Shown one piece after another: positions 1 through 8,432 of a stretch of DNA of 64,000 nt. Numbering within the stretch: position 1 is the first letter of the stretch; the number at the start of each line of letters is the position of its first letter. Below the pieces are notes generated by a model. It saw only the letters and a program-made list of their open reading frames with translations, did no database searches and was not told the DNA's origin. The stretch spans positions 1-64,000 of IMG/VR virus record IMGVR_UViG_3300044537_000257; one strand, given 5' to 3'. Both the position numbers and the translations under genes were made by a program. This DNA comes from a virus (Duplodnaviria; Caudoviricetes).

Positions 1-65
1 GCACAGTCGGGTGATTTTTGGTATTAAATCATCAAGTGGGAGCTTCAAATTTTATCGCGATAATT

Positions 66-92
66 AAAAAACGCCTTGCATCAACAAGACGT
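66..92 (-). terminator. Host-side intrinsic terminator, probably of the tRNA used as attB
   Basis: Minus strand reads ACGTCTTG-ttgatg-CAAGGCGT-TTTTT, just downstream of the tRNA-like core. Confidence 0.65.
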
Positions 93-110
93 CAAACTCA
101 AAATTATTTA

Positions 111-126
111 TGCGCCTGGAGGGAAT
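111..126 (-). other. att core of segment A (3' end of a tRNA; intact tRNA expected at the far right end, outside the window)
   Basis: Minus strand ATT-CCCTC-CAGGCGC-A = end of T-loop, T-stem 3' strand, acceptor 3' strand, discriminator; 14 nt from the integrase stop; the rest of the tRNA is absent. Confidence 0.6.
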
Positions 127-139
127 CACCAGCCCTATC

Positions 140-1303
140 CTATTGGGCTTTAGCGGGTGCGGTTCTCAAATTGTTCTCAATTTTTTGAAGTGCGGTCTCG
201 ATGCTATCATCGGTTTGCACCTTATACTCATCAATCATGTAAGAATACACCTTTGATGTGATCCCAATATCCGCGTGGCCCAATCTTTTTGATATCGCGT
301 AAAGATCAATTTGGTTAGCTAGCAAATAGGCCACATGTGTGTGTCTAAGCGAATGGAAGTGGAAGCCTTGCCGATTTATCTTACTGGCCTTTAGCGCACG
401 TCTAAGCGCCTTATTTACCGCATTTGAGGTGGGTACGCCGGTTATCCTATTTAAGAATACCTGTTGTTTATCAGATTTTGGCTTTACCTGTTTTTTTAAA
501 TCCTTTAATATTGCCAGCAAATTAGTATTTGCTCGAACAATCCGCTTAGATGTTTCATTTTTTGGTTCTTTAAAATCATGCTCGACCTCGCTGTAGGCTC
601 GCTTGATGCTGATCGTTTTAAAGTTAAAATTAATATCGCGCCATTGTAGCCCTTGGATTTCGCCAAGGCGCATACCAGTGTAAACCGCAGTATAAATCAT
701 ATAGCTACTCATATTTTTAGGCGTAAGCCGCTGTTTAACGTGATCGGTCAAGCGGGTCATTTCGTCAATATTTAAATAGTCGATCTGTAGAGTACGTTTT
801 TGATCATATACGATCGTGGTGCGCTCGATAAAATCCTTTTTGATCAAATCATCATAGACTGCGTTACGAATACAGCCATGGATGCAGGTATCGACTTTAT
901 GGGCGGTCGCTTTGGCATGATCAACGCCAAATTTCTGTAAAAATTTTTGATAACTTTTGGCGTCAAGCTCAGCCAACTTTTTATCGGGCAGGTATTTCTT
1001 GATCACGTTATAAGTATATTCGTAGGCTTTAAGTGTCCGTGGTGAGACAACAGGCTTTTTATAAAGCTCGTACCATTCTTTAAAATAATCCAGTAAAAGT
1101 ATGTCACTACCAGGATCTAACTCATTTTTAAGGGCTAGATACTGATATTCTTGGACAAAGGCCCGTGCTTCCGCAATACGTTTAAATCCGGCCTTAGATT
1201 TAGCGTGCCGCTTACCGCTCTTATCGTAATAGTAAACCTTAGCTTGATACTTTCCATTTCTTAGAGTAATGCCTGGATCTTTTGGTTGTTTTGGTGCTGT
1301 CAT
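140..1303 (-). CDS. int: Tyrosine integrase 1 (arm-binding, SAM-like and catalytic domains)
   Basis: TGMRLGEI, FHSLRHTH, LGHADIGITSKVY catalytic motifs; start MTAPK at 1303 follows AAAGGA. Confidence 0.95.
   Translation of the reverse strand: MTAPKQPKDPGITLRNGKYQAKVYYYDKSGKRHAKSKAGFKRIAEARAFVQEYQYLALKNELDPGSDILLLDYFKEWYELYKKPVVSPRTLKAYEYTYNVIKKYLPDKKLAELDAKSYQKFLQKFGVDHAKATAHKVDTCIHGCIRNAVYDDLIKKDFIERTTIVYDQKRTLQIDYLNIDEMTRLTDHVKQRLTPKNMSSYMIYTAVYTGMRLGEIQGLQWRDINFNFKTISIKRAYSEVEHDFKEPKNETSKRIVRANTNLLAILKDLKKQVKPKSDKQQVFLNRITGVPTSNAVNKALRRALKASKINRQGFHFHSLRHTHVAYLLANQIDLYAISKRLGHADIGITSKVYSYMIDEYKVQTDDSIETALQKIENNLRTAPAKAQ
162..180 (+). repeat. Integrase-1 arm-type direct repeats GTTCTCAA x2
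   Basis: GTTCTCAA at 162-169 and 173-180 (11-nt period), 36 nt from the core, inside the int 3' end. Confidence 0.6.
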
Positions 1304-1338
1304 AAAAATCATCCTTTCATTGCCAATGGGTGACTTTA

Positions 1339-1432
1339 TGCTAAAATAGAGTATACAAAGACACCACGCTTGGCGTGAGTTTTTATTGGTTTAGCACATC
1401 CATTACTTTGGCGAGTGGGGATGTGCTTTTTT
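1339..1432 (+). ncRNA. Candidate antisense sRNA / structured int leader (Lacto-int-like)
   Basis: Extended -10 TGcTAAAAT at 1339-1347; terminator AGCACATCC...GGATGTGCT-TTTTT at 1393-1432; nearly identical copy at 42171-42266. Confidence 0.5.
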
Positions 1433-1437
1433 ATTTA

Positions 1438-1743
1438 TTAAACTTTTTTTATTGCATCAGCATAGACTGTTACACCAAAATCCACATTATCATGACCGGC
1501 CGATATTTGACTTATTCTGAGATTTGCATAACCGTCTGCATTGATTGCCTTTAGATTAGATACTAAGTCGTTCATAGCATCTTGTGTTGCGGCTTTCAAA
1601 TTCTTTTCATTTACAGTTGCAAACTTATAGATCATTTTAAAGCCCATCACTGGACCTAGAGATTCATACCCACTAGGGATTGCCCCCACAGTCTGTACTT
1701 CAAGTTTATTCATGGCGTTACTAAATAATCCCATAATATTCAC
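1438..1743 (-). CDS. Small accessory protein, YbjQ/UPF0145-like fold
   Basis: 101 aa; AMNDLVSNLKAINADGYANLRI...VTVYADAIK resembles the YbjQ pattern. Confidence 0.45.
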   Translation of the reverse strand: MNIMGLFSNAMNKLEVQTVGAIPSGYESLGPVMGFKMIYKFATVNEKNLKAATQDAMNDLVSNLKAINADGYANLRISQISAGHDNVDFGVTVYADAIKKV

Positions 1744-1759
1744 CTTATCTTTCTACGAG

Positions 1760-2668
1760 TTATTCCAATGCTCTTGTTAAGGCGGGATGTTGCCACCAGC
1801 TTGTAGCAAAAGTTGGAACATTTTTAAACATAAAATTCGTAACATTAAGTTGACTTAGTTTCTCAGGTGTTATACCAGATTTAATAACATATTCATTGGT
1901 TTCGTTTCCGCCATCATCTTGTAGAGGATACTTGACAGAAATCCCAATGTTAGAAAAATTAGACATGTCTGTTTTGCGAAAAGCTTTCCAGATACTACTG
2001 ATATCCATATACATCGACTGGACGGTCATCTTTTTAGTGAGATTTTCACTTCCTTGAATGGTGACTTGTACAGTACTTTGACCAGCTTCCGCAGCATAGT
2101 AGCCGTTTACTTCAAGAATTTTTACATTCGTGTTTTTCTTTAAGTATTGTTTAATACTAGCGTTGGAATTTAATGTTGCTGGTTTATCGCTTGAGCTGGA
2201 AGCAGCAGATGAACTTGCTTTAGATGAACTCGTTTTAGAAGGCGCTGTACTTGATTCTTCATCCCTGAATTTTGTTGCAGGCTTAATTATTACAGAGTCT
2301 GTGGCTGTCGTACCGCCCTTAGTTACTGTAATATTAACGGTCTTTGTTTCAGGGCTACTTAAATCATAGCTAACTTTAAACTTTCCCCTTGAGTTGGCCT
2401 TAGTTGTATGAGTGATTCCAGCAGTAACAGATGCGTCCGCACTTGTTCTTCCCGTAATGATTGCAACTCCGTCTGCATCAGTGGTAATTGTGGACTTATC
2501 TAATGTAATCTTTGGCTTGCTAGTAGTGGAACTACTTTCTGTTTTAGCAGTCTCATTTGATTCTGGGTCAACAATATTACCAATGGTTCCAATAATAAAT
2601 AAAACAGCTAAAGCGATAAACCACCAGCGTTTATAGAATGGTTTCTTTCCGTTATTTTCATTCCCCAT
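1760..2668 (-). CDS. Membrane-anchored extracytoplasmic protein (superinfection-exclusion candidate)
   Basis: KKPFYKRWWF plus TM helix, Ig-like segment, Ser-rich linker; start at 2668 follows GGAGG; typical position between int and cI. Confidence 0.7.
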   Translation of the reverse strand: MGNENNGKKPFYKRWWFIALAVLFIIGTIGNIVDPESNETAKTESSSTTSKPKITLDKSTITTDADGVAIITGRTSADASVTAGITHTTKANSRGKFKVSYDLSSPETKTVNITVTKGGTTATDSVIIKPATKFRDEESSTAPSKTSSSKASSSAASSSSDKPATLNSNASIKQYLKKNTNVKILEVNGYYAAEAGQSTVQVTIQGSENLTKKMTVQSMYMDISSIWKAFRKTDMSNFSNIGISVKYPLQDDGGNETNEYVIKSGITPEKLSQLNVTNFMFKNVPTFATSWWQHPALTRALE

Positions 2669-2682
2669 GACTATCCTCCGTA

Positions 2683-2756
2683 TGATAAAATAATGTTGTG
2701 AGCTTCCTATCATTGGAGGCATCCCTTACTCGTTACCGGCGGGTAGGGGATTTTTT
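2683..2756 (+). ncRNA. Candidate antisense sRNA with two hairpins
   Basis: TGaTAAAAT at 2683-2691; hairpin at 2702-2720; terminator at 2721-2756 with loop TTACCGG; G-U pairs form only on the + strand. Confidence 0.45.
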
Positions 2757-2758
2757 AT

Positions 2759-3244
2759 TTAGTAATAAAATTCGTGATCTGCAATATGCTTATTAATAAT
2801 TTTTTCAGCTATATTTGCAGCTGGATAAATTAATTTTGCGTCTAGACTAAATGTTTCGGCGAAATCCAGAATATTGAAATCGGCTAGGTTAATGCCTGTT
2901 TTTTCTAAGTACCATTTAGTCATAATATAAAAAGCGCCATTATTTGCCCTCGCCTCTATCTTGGTATTTGAAACGTAAGAACTTTCGAGTAGAGGTTCGG
3001 CATTGTTATCCAGTAAGCAATGAATAATTTCATGGCATTTTGGGTGTATCTCTGTCAGCTTTCCTAAATACTTACTATTAATAAAAAGTGTCCGTGTTAA
3101 CGGAAAAGTATAGCCGTTAATGTGATTAGGCATGTCATCCGAATAATTCAAATCCATATCAAAAGCACTGATAATTTCGTCCGGATCATATGTACCGAGT
3201 TGATCAATGGCCGTAAGTCCCTCACTCAGTGTGTCATAGATCAT
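2759..3244 (-). CDS. ImmA/IrrE-family metallopeptidase (anti-repressor protease)
   Basis: CHEIIH (HExxH), EARAN; adjacent to cI. Confidence 0.85.
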   Translation of the reverse strand: MIYDTLSEGLTAIDQLGTYDPDEIISAFDMDLNYSDDMPNHINGYTFPLTRTLFINSKYLGKLTEIHPKCHEIIHCLLDNNAEPLLESSYVSNTKIEARANNGAFYIMTKWYLEKTGINLADFNILDFAETFSLDAKLIYPAANIAEKIINKHIADHEFYY

Positions 3245-3248
3245 ATAA

Positions 3249-3638
3249 TCACTTCCCGTTTAACTTATCGTCCCCATATTTTTTCAATCTACGCTGTCCC
3301 TCCTTACTATTCAAATAGCCTGCGAGCATAGCTCTAATAGCATCACGATCCTCATCAGACAAAGCGTGATCGCGTGATGTTAGCATAGCTGCATCATTAA
3401 CAAGGTCTTCCACATCAATGTGATCGTTGCCTGCAGTATCACGCGAATTAGTTCTACCCAATAAATAATCGGTAGACACATGGAAATAGTCTGCGACTGA
3501 TTGTAATTTATCTATACCGGGATTTTTGGTTTTCCAACCATAAAATGAATTTTCGCCAAATCCTAGATCTAAAGCGACTGTTTTTAAACTTTTACCTTGC
3601 TCATCCGCTAAAACTTTTACCCTATCAAACAGCGTCAT
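3249..3638 (-). CDS. cI: CI-like XRE repressor
   Basis: HTH LKTVALDLGFGENSFYGW...VADYFHVSTDYLLGR; probable start MTLF at 3638. Confidence 0.9.
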   Translation of the reverse strand: MTLFDRVKVLADEQGKSLKTVALDLGFGENSFYGWKTKNPGIDKLQSVADYFHVSTDYLLGRTNSRDTAGNDHIDVEDLVNDAAMLTSRDHALSDEDRDAIRAMLAGYLNSKEGQRRLKKYGDDKLNGK

Positions 3639-3670
3639 ATCAGTCATCCTTTGAGGCTTACAAATAAATT

Positions 3671-3846
3671 TGTACAATATCGAATAATAACTGTTGACAT
3701 AAGTACAATATTGAGTAGAATAATATTTGTAAGCTAGATTGATAGCTAATTAAGTCAACAAAATAGAGCTAATGAATACCGTTCCCCAACGATTAATAGC
3801 TTTGTAAAGGCTTATTTAACTATGCATTGATTGTACAACATCGAGT
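3671..3846. promoter_or_regulatory. Genetic switch A: three operators WGTACAAYATYGART and the lytic promoter
   Basis: Operators at 3671-3685, 3702-3716 and 3832-3846; TTGACA at 3694-3699 with a -10-like TAGAAT at 3716-3721. Confidence 0.7.
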
Positions 3847-3925
3847 AAAAAATGACAATAGTTTATTCAAAGATATTCTAAATAGCTATCAATTTAGCTT
3901 ACATACATAAAAAGGAGGTGATTAA

Positions 3926-4135
3926 ATGCCAACAACTTTAAATGGCCGTCAGTTGATCAGTGAGTATCTGAATAAACATGATATCAGTACCACAAGTCTT
4001 GCTGCAGCTTACGGTGTCGGGAAGGTTTATATGGGGCAAGTGCTCAGCGGTGCACGACAATCAGCTGCAGCTAATGAGCTAGTTTTAAAGATTATTGATG
4101 ATTACAAAATTCGACCAGAAATAGGAGCTGAATGA
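3926..4135 (+). CDS. cro: Cro-like HTH protein
   Basis: 69 aa HTH, divergent from cI, strong AGGAGG. Confidence 0.8.
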   Translation: MPTTLNGRQLISEYLNKHDISTTSLAAAYGVGKVYMGQVLSGARQSAAANELVLKIIDDYKIRPEIGAE

Positions 4136-4152
4136 TAAGGAGGAAAAATAGC

Positions 4153-4917
4153 ATGAACGAATTAATCAAAACATTCCAAAATAAAAAAGGTAGCACTGTT
4201 GTTGACGGTCGCGACTTACATGGTTTTCTAGGAGTTGAAACACCGTATAGAAAGTGGTTCCCGCGAATGATTGAATATGGGTTTACTGAAGATACTGATT
4301 TTGTGGCATTCGGACAAAAAAGTCCGATTGCAAATGGGGGTTATAAAGAAATTGAAAATCATGCTTTATCTTTAGATATGGCAAAAGAGCTGTCTATGAT
4401 TCAGCGTACTGAGAAGGGTAAACAGGCCCGTAAATATTTCATTCAAATGGAAAAACAAGCTAAGCAAAATGAGCTTGATACTTCCCAATTATCACCTGAA
4501 TTGCAATTCATGAGCGGTGTAGTTAAGAAACTAGCTGCTAATGAATTGGCTCAAAAACAAATGAATAAAAAGCTTGATGGCATTGCTGATATTGTCGGGA
4601 CCTCAACAATGGATTGGCGCAATGCTACTAGTCATTTGATCAATGCAGTGGTGCGAGTACAAGGCGGTTCACCAGAAGCACATCGAACGGTCAGAAATGA
4701 TATTTACGATGAAGTTGATCGGCGTGGTGCGGTGTCACTTTCAACTCGACTGACCAATTTGCGCCGGCGTATGGCTGAGGAAGGCGCCGCAAAGTCTAAA
4801 CGTGACAAGACTAGCAAGGTTGATGTGATTGGCAATGATAAAAAGCTGATTGAGATTTACATGGCTGTTGTTAAAGACTTTGCAATTAAGTTCGGCACGT
4901 GGAAACAGGAATACTAG
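4153..4917 (+). CDS. AntA/AntB-family antirepressor
   Basis: VDGRDLHGFLGVETPYRKWFPRMIEYGF...LSLDMAKELSMIQRTEKGKQARKYFI. Confidence 0.9.
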   Translation: MNELIKTFQNKKGSTVVDGRDLHGFLGVETPYRKWFPRMIEYGFTEDTDFVAFGQKSPIANGGYKEIENHALSLDMAKELSMIQRTEKGKQARKYFIQMEKQAKQNELDTSQLSPELQFMSGVVKKLAANELAQKQMNKKLDGIADIVGTSTMDWRNATSHLINAVVRVQGGSPEAHRTVRNDIYDEVDRRGAVSLSTRLTNLRRRMAEEGAAKSKRDKTSKVDVIGNDKKLIEIYMAVVKDFAIKFGTWKQEY

Positions 4918-5000
4918 GTAGGGAAAGTGAGGTGGTTGAATTTTGTTCAAAAAAAAGAGAGCAAAAGGCTCTCATAAAAAACCGATAATTGCTAAGTTGG

Positions 5001-5591
5001 CTATCGCAGGAATGATTCTTTCAGGCGTTGGGATAATTCTGTCACTGATTCTATTAATTTATTCCTTGGTATCTTTATAGAATCACCGGTTGTAAGGATT
5101 TCTAGTGATGGTTTGTGAGCACTATTAATATCGGTAAAATAATCCGGTGTCTTAATGGCGATTGTGACAGAGGACGTTGTCATTGCGGGAATATTAACCG
5201 GAAACGGGGTTGAATATACTTCCTGAATTATTTTTTCGCTTCCATCGCTTGATGCTTGTTTCAAATAACTTATTCGTACTTTTTCGGACATACCATGAAA
5301 GACAGGATATGATAATTCATCTTTAAGATTACTAGCAACATTAAGTTTTAGTGTTGCTCCAGTCAGTGCAATGGGCAGTTTTGATTTATTGATTGCCACT
5401 ATATCAACAAATAAAAAACGAATACCACTTGTTGTCGCAGCATATGAATGTAAAAGTTCAATATCCAAATCCTGTTGTTCTTGTACGATAGTTCTTCGGT
5501 ATATGAGTAAAGAAATTATCATACTTGTAGCCGAAACAATTAAACCAATGACAGAGATAATTATTGGAACAAGTTGCATAATTTTCACCAC
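5001..5591 (-). CDS. Reverse-oriented moron, N-terminal TM protein of unknown function
   Basis: 196 aa with one hydrophobic helix; AT-rich; own RBS (GGTGGTG). Confidence 0.65.
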   Translation of the reverse strand: MVKIMQLVPIIISVIGLIVSATSMIISLLIYRRTIVQEQQDLDIELLHSYAATTSGIRFLFVDIVAINKSKLPIALTGATLKLNVASNLKDELSYPVFHGMSEKVRISYLKQASSDGSEKIIQEVYSTPFPVNIPAMTTSSVTIAIKTPDYFTDINSAHKPSLEILTTGDSIKIPRNKLIESVTELSQRLKESFLR

Positions 5592-5638
5592 CTTATATTG
5601 GAATAACTTAATTTTATCAGAAAGTGAGGCAATCGCAT

Positions 5639-5947
5639 ATGCCCGAAACAGTAGAACAGATGACTGAGAGGGTTATCCGTGAAGAGGTTCAACGTAAGCT
5701 TGATGATCAGGACTTTGGACTAATTGGTCGGATGTGGACAATCAAAGATTTACAGCAGTGGCTTGGTGGAAAATCGAAGGATTGGGTCAAAGACAACACA
5801 ATTTTTAACCCACGATTTAGTCGTGAGATCCAGACTATGATCGATGATCATATCATTGTTGAGGGACGCCAAGGAAAAGCTTGGCTGTTTAAGGCTACTG
5901 AATTTAGCCAGTGGCTAGAACAGCACTGGCGGGAATTTAATTGGTGA
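5639..5947 (+). CDS. DUF771-like HTH protein (excisionase/RDF candidate)
   Basis: GRMWTIKDLQQWLGGKSKDWVK...WLFKA; close paralog at 44567-44884. Confidence 0.7.
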   Translation: MPETVEQMTERVIREEVQRKLDDQDFGLIGRMWTIKDLQQWLGGKSKDWVKDNTIFNPRFSREIQTMIDDHIIVEGRQGKAWLFKATEFSQWLEQHWREFNW

Positions 5948-5970
5948 TTAAAAGAAAGAAGGAATTTTAA

Positions 5971-6201
5971 ATGAATCAATACAGTTTTGAAGGTTTTGCA
6001 GAGGTCGTTAAAAAGGCCCAAAGCAATGGTGTGATCAGTCAATTAAAGAACGATATCGAATCTGCCGCATTTATGGGTAAAAAGAGCTTAGTTGTCGACC
6101 AAAGCTTGAATGATGAAAGCATCGAGCAACTGGTGACAGAAGGATTTATTGTAACGAAACTACCCGATAAGTTGGTCATCAACTGGGAGGACTTGTCATG
6201 A
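5971..6201 (+). CDS. Hypothetical phage protein
   Basis: 76 aa ORF with RBS in the early operon. Confidence 0.6.
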   Translation: MNQYSFEGFAEVVKKAQSNGVISQLKNDIESAAFMGKKSLVVDQSLNDESIEQLVTEGFIVTKLPDKLVINWEDLS

Positions 6202-6398
6202 TTATTTTATGGGGTTTGAGTGTGCTAGGCGCCTACTATCTCGGCAAAGATGGCATTGAAGCATTCTTTGGCCTTGATAACACGCCGTCTGACCGTCGCG
6301 AAAAAGTCGTTAATAAATGGGTGAAAATTTGTGAGGACGACAAAAAGACCGCACGTACTGCCATACATGCGGTCAAACAAAATAATCATATTAAATAA
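6198..6398 (+). CDS. Hypothetical small membrane protein
   Basis: ATGA overlap with the previous gene; hydrophobic N-terminus. Confidence 0.55.
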   Translation: MIILWGLSVLGAYYLGKDGIEAFFGLDNTPSDRREKVVNKWVKICEDDKKTARTAIHAVKQNNHIK

Positions 6399-6439
6399 TT
6401 TTACGAGTTAAGTATAAAACAAAGTGAGGTCTTAAATCA

Positions 6440-7330
6440 ATGGCAAATGAAGTTACTGCAATTTTACCGCAGTTTACGATCGAATATAAGCCGGCGCCAA
6501 TCGTAATCACTAACGAAGTACAGCTGAAACAGGCAATCACTGATTATGCGGCGAAATATAAAGGTTTGGTCGTTACCGAGGATACCTTAGCAGACACCAA
6601 ATCAGTACGTGCCGAAATGCGCAAGGTCGTTGCTGAGCTCGATGATAATCGCAAGAGTATTAAACGCGGCTACAATCAGCCATTAAATGACTTTGAAGCA
6701 CGTATTAATGGCTTAAAGGCAACAATTAAACAAGTGATCACTCCGATAGATGACGGTATCAAGGAACTTGAAGAACGGCAACGTCAGCAACGCCTGCTGA
6801 ATGTTCAAGCCTTGATTGATGAAATGGCGCCCAATTATGGCGTTACCGCTACGGATGTTGAAGTTAATCCAGAATGGTTAAACAAGTCGATTAGTCACAA
6901 GAAAATCGTTGACGGTATTGCTGGGACAATGACGATGATTAAAGCTGAGCGTGATCGAATTACAACTGAAGAGTTATCTGTTCGTAAATATGCGGAAGCT
7001 AACGGTCAACAACCGGAGGGCTGGGTCACTCAAGTATCTGCTGGTGTAGAGCTAGTTGAGATTTTTAAGCGTATTGATCAGGCCGTTATTCGACAAAAAG
7101 AAGCCGCCGAGCAAGAGCGTAAGGCAGCCGAAGCCGCTGCGGCGGTCGAAAAATTGAAGCAGAAACAAGTTGGTAATAAAACAGTAGACACCGAAACCGG
7201 CGAAGTCGTTAATACTGTACCGGAACTGGTTGAAACGCGGTTAAGAATTCTGGGCACTCACGAGCAATTGATGGCGTTAAAGCAATTCATGGATGATTCC
7301 GCCATCGAATATGAATACTTGGAGGGATAA
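6440..7330 (+). CDS. DUF1351-family protein (Gam-like coiled coil)
   Basis: YKGLVVTEDTLADTKSVRAEMRK...LDDNRKSIKRGYNQPLNDFE; precedes ERF. Confidence 0.8.
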   Translation: MANEVTAILPQFTIEYKPAPIVITNEVQLKQAITDYAAKYKGLVVTEDTLADTKSVRAEMRKVVAELDDNRKSIKRGYNQPLNDFEARINGLKATIKQVITPIDDGIKELEERQRQQRLLNVQALIDEMAPNYGVTATDVEVNPEWLNKSISHKKIVDGIAGTMTMIKAERDRITTEELSVRKYAEANGQQPEGWVTQVSAGVELVEIFKRIDQAVIRQKEAAEQERKAAEAAAAVEKLKQKQVGNKTVDTETGEVVNTVPELVETRLRILGTHEQLMALKQFMDDSAIEYEYLEG

Positions 7331-7331
7331 C

Positions 7332-8027
7332 ATGGATCGTTCGGAAAGTATTAAAGAGATCACGGCGGCAATTGCAAAGGTTCAAGGAGAACTAAAGCCA
7401 ATTGCAAAAGATAGGGATAACCCAATCTCACATAGTAAATATGCAAATTTAGATAGTATTAACCAGGAATTGTTACCGTTGACTAGTAAAAATGGTTTGG
7501 CGGTCATGCAGTACCCCGTCACTAAGGACAATAAAATCGGCTGTGGCACCATCGTTACGCACACTTCTGGAGAATATTTACATTTTGAACCGTATTTGAT
7601 TACGGTTGCCGAGAACAAGCGAATGTCGGTCGCTCAGGAAGGTGGCGCTACGATCACGTACGCAAAACGTTATCAGATTTCAGCCATCTTTGGCATTGTT
7701 ACGGATGAAGATCAAGACGGAGCACAGCCAAATCCACCGCAACAAAGTAACCAACAGAATTATCATAAGCCAGGACAAGGTAACAGACCTAATAAACAGC
7801 AACGGAGTAAAAGTAGTTTAAGTAATGGAGCCAGCGGAATTTTAAATAATGCTACCAAGCTAATCAAACGAATCAGCGATAAAACACACGAGCCTGAGCC
7901 AGATATTTATCAACGTATTTTAGGCCAAGTGGGTTATGAGAGTTCTGAGTTACAAGAGGTCAGCAACGCCGCCAAATTTTTTAACGAAGTACAAACACAA
8001 TGGCGATCACTGGAGGGTAATAAATGA
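7332..8027 (+). CDS. erf: ERF-family single-strand annealing recombinase
   Basis: [38 protein letters not shown]. Confidence 0.9.
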   Translation: MDRSESIKEITAAIAKVQGELKPIAKDRDNPISHSKYANLDSINQELLPLTSKNGLAVMQYPVTKDNKIGCGTIVTHTSGEYLHFEPYLITVAENKRMSVAQEGGATITYAKRYQISAIFGIVTDEDQDGAQPNPPQQSNQQNYHKPGQGNRPNKQQRSKSSLSNGASGILNNATKLIKRISDKTHEPEPDIYQRILGQVGYESSELQEVSNAAKFFNEVQTQWRSLEGNK

Positions 8028-8419
8028 TTAACAATGTTGTTTTAACGGGACGTTTAGCCCGAGATGTAGAACTACGGTATACCGGTAGTGGTGCAGCAGT
8101 TGCTTCATTCACTTTAGCAGTTAATCGCCAGTTCACTAATCGTAATGGTGAGCGTGAAGCCGACTTTATCAATTGTGTCATGTGGCGTAAATCAGCCGAA
8201 AATTTCGCTAACTTTACGCATAAAGGGTCACTAGTAGGTCTCACAGGACGTATTCAAACACGTTCTTATGACAATGATGCTGGTACCCGCGTTTATGTGA
8301 CCGAAGTTGTTGCTGATAATTTCTCGCTGTTGGAGCCGAAGTCAGATAATCAACAACCGACGCCCACATATCCTAGTGACACTGATGTCACAGTGGATGA
8401 CAAAGACATGCCATTTTAG
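8024..8419 (+). CDS. ssb: Single-stranded DNA-binding protein
   Basis: [20 protein letters not shown]...acidic tail ending DMPF. Confidence 0.95.
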   Translation: MINNVVLTGRLARDVELRYTGSGAAVASFTLAVNRQFTNRNGEREADFINCVMWRKSAENFANFTHKGSLVGLTGRIQTRSYDNDAGTRVYVTEVVADNFSLLEPKSDNQQPTPTYPSDTDVTVDDKDMPF

Positions 8420-8432
8420 AGGGGGTTAGATT

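Noticed and set aside
2-67. 3' end of a host gene (..KSSSGSFKFYRDN*)
   Set aside because: Too short to verify or name
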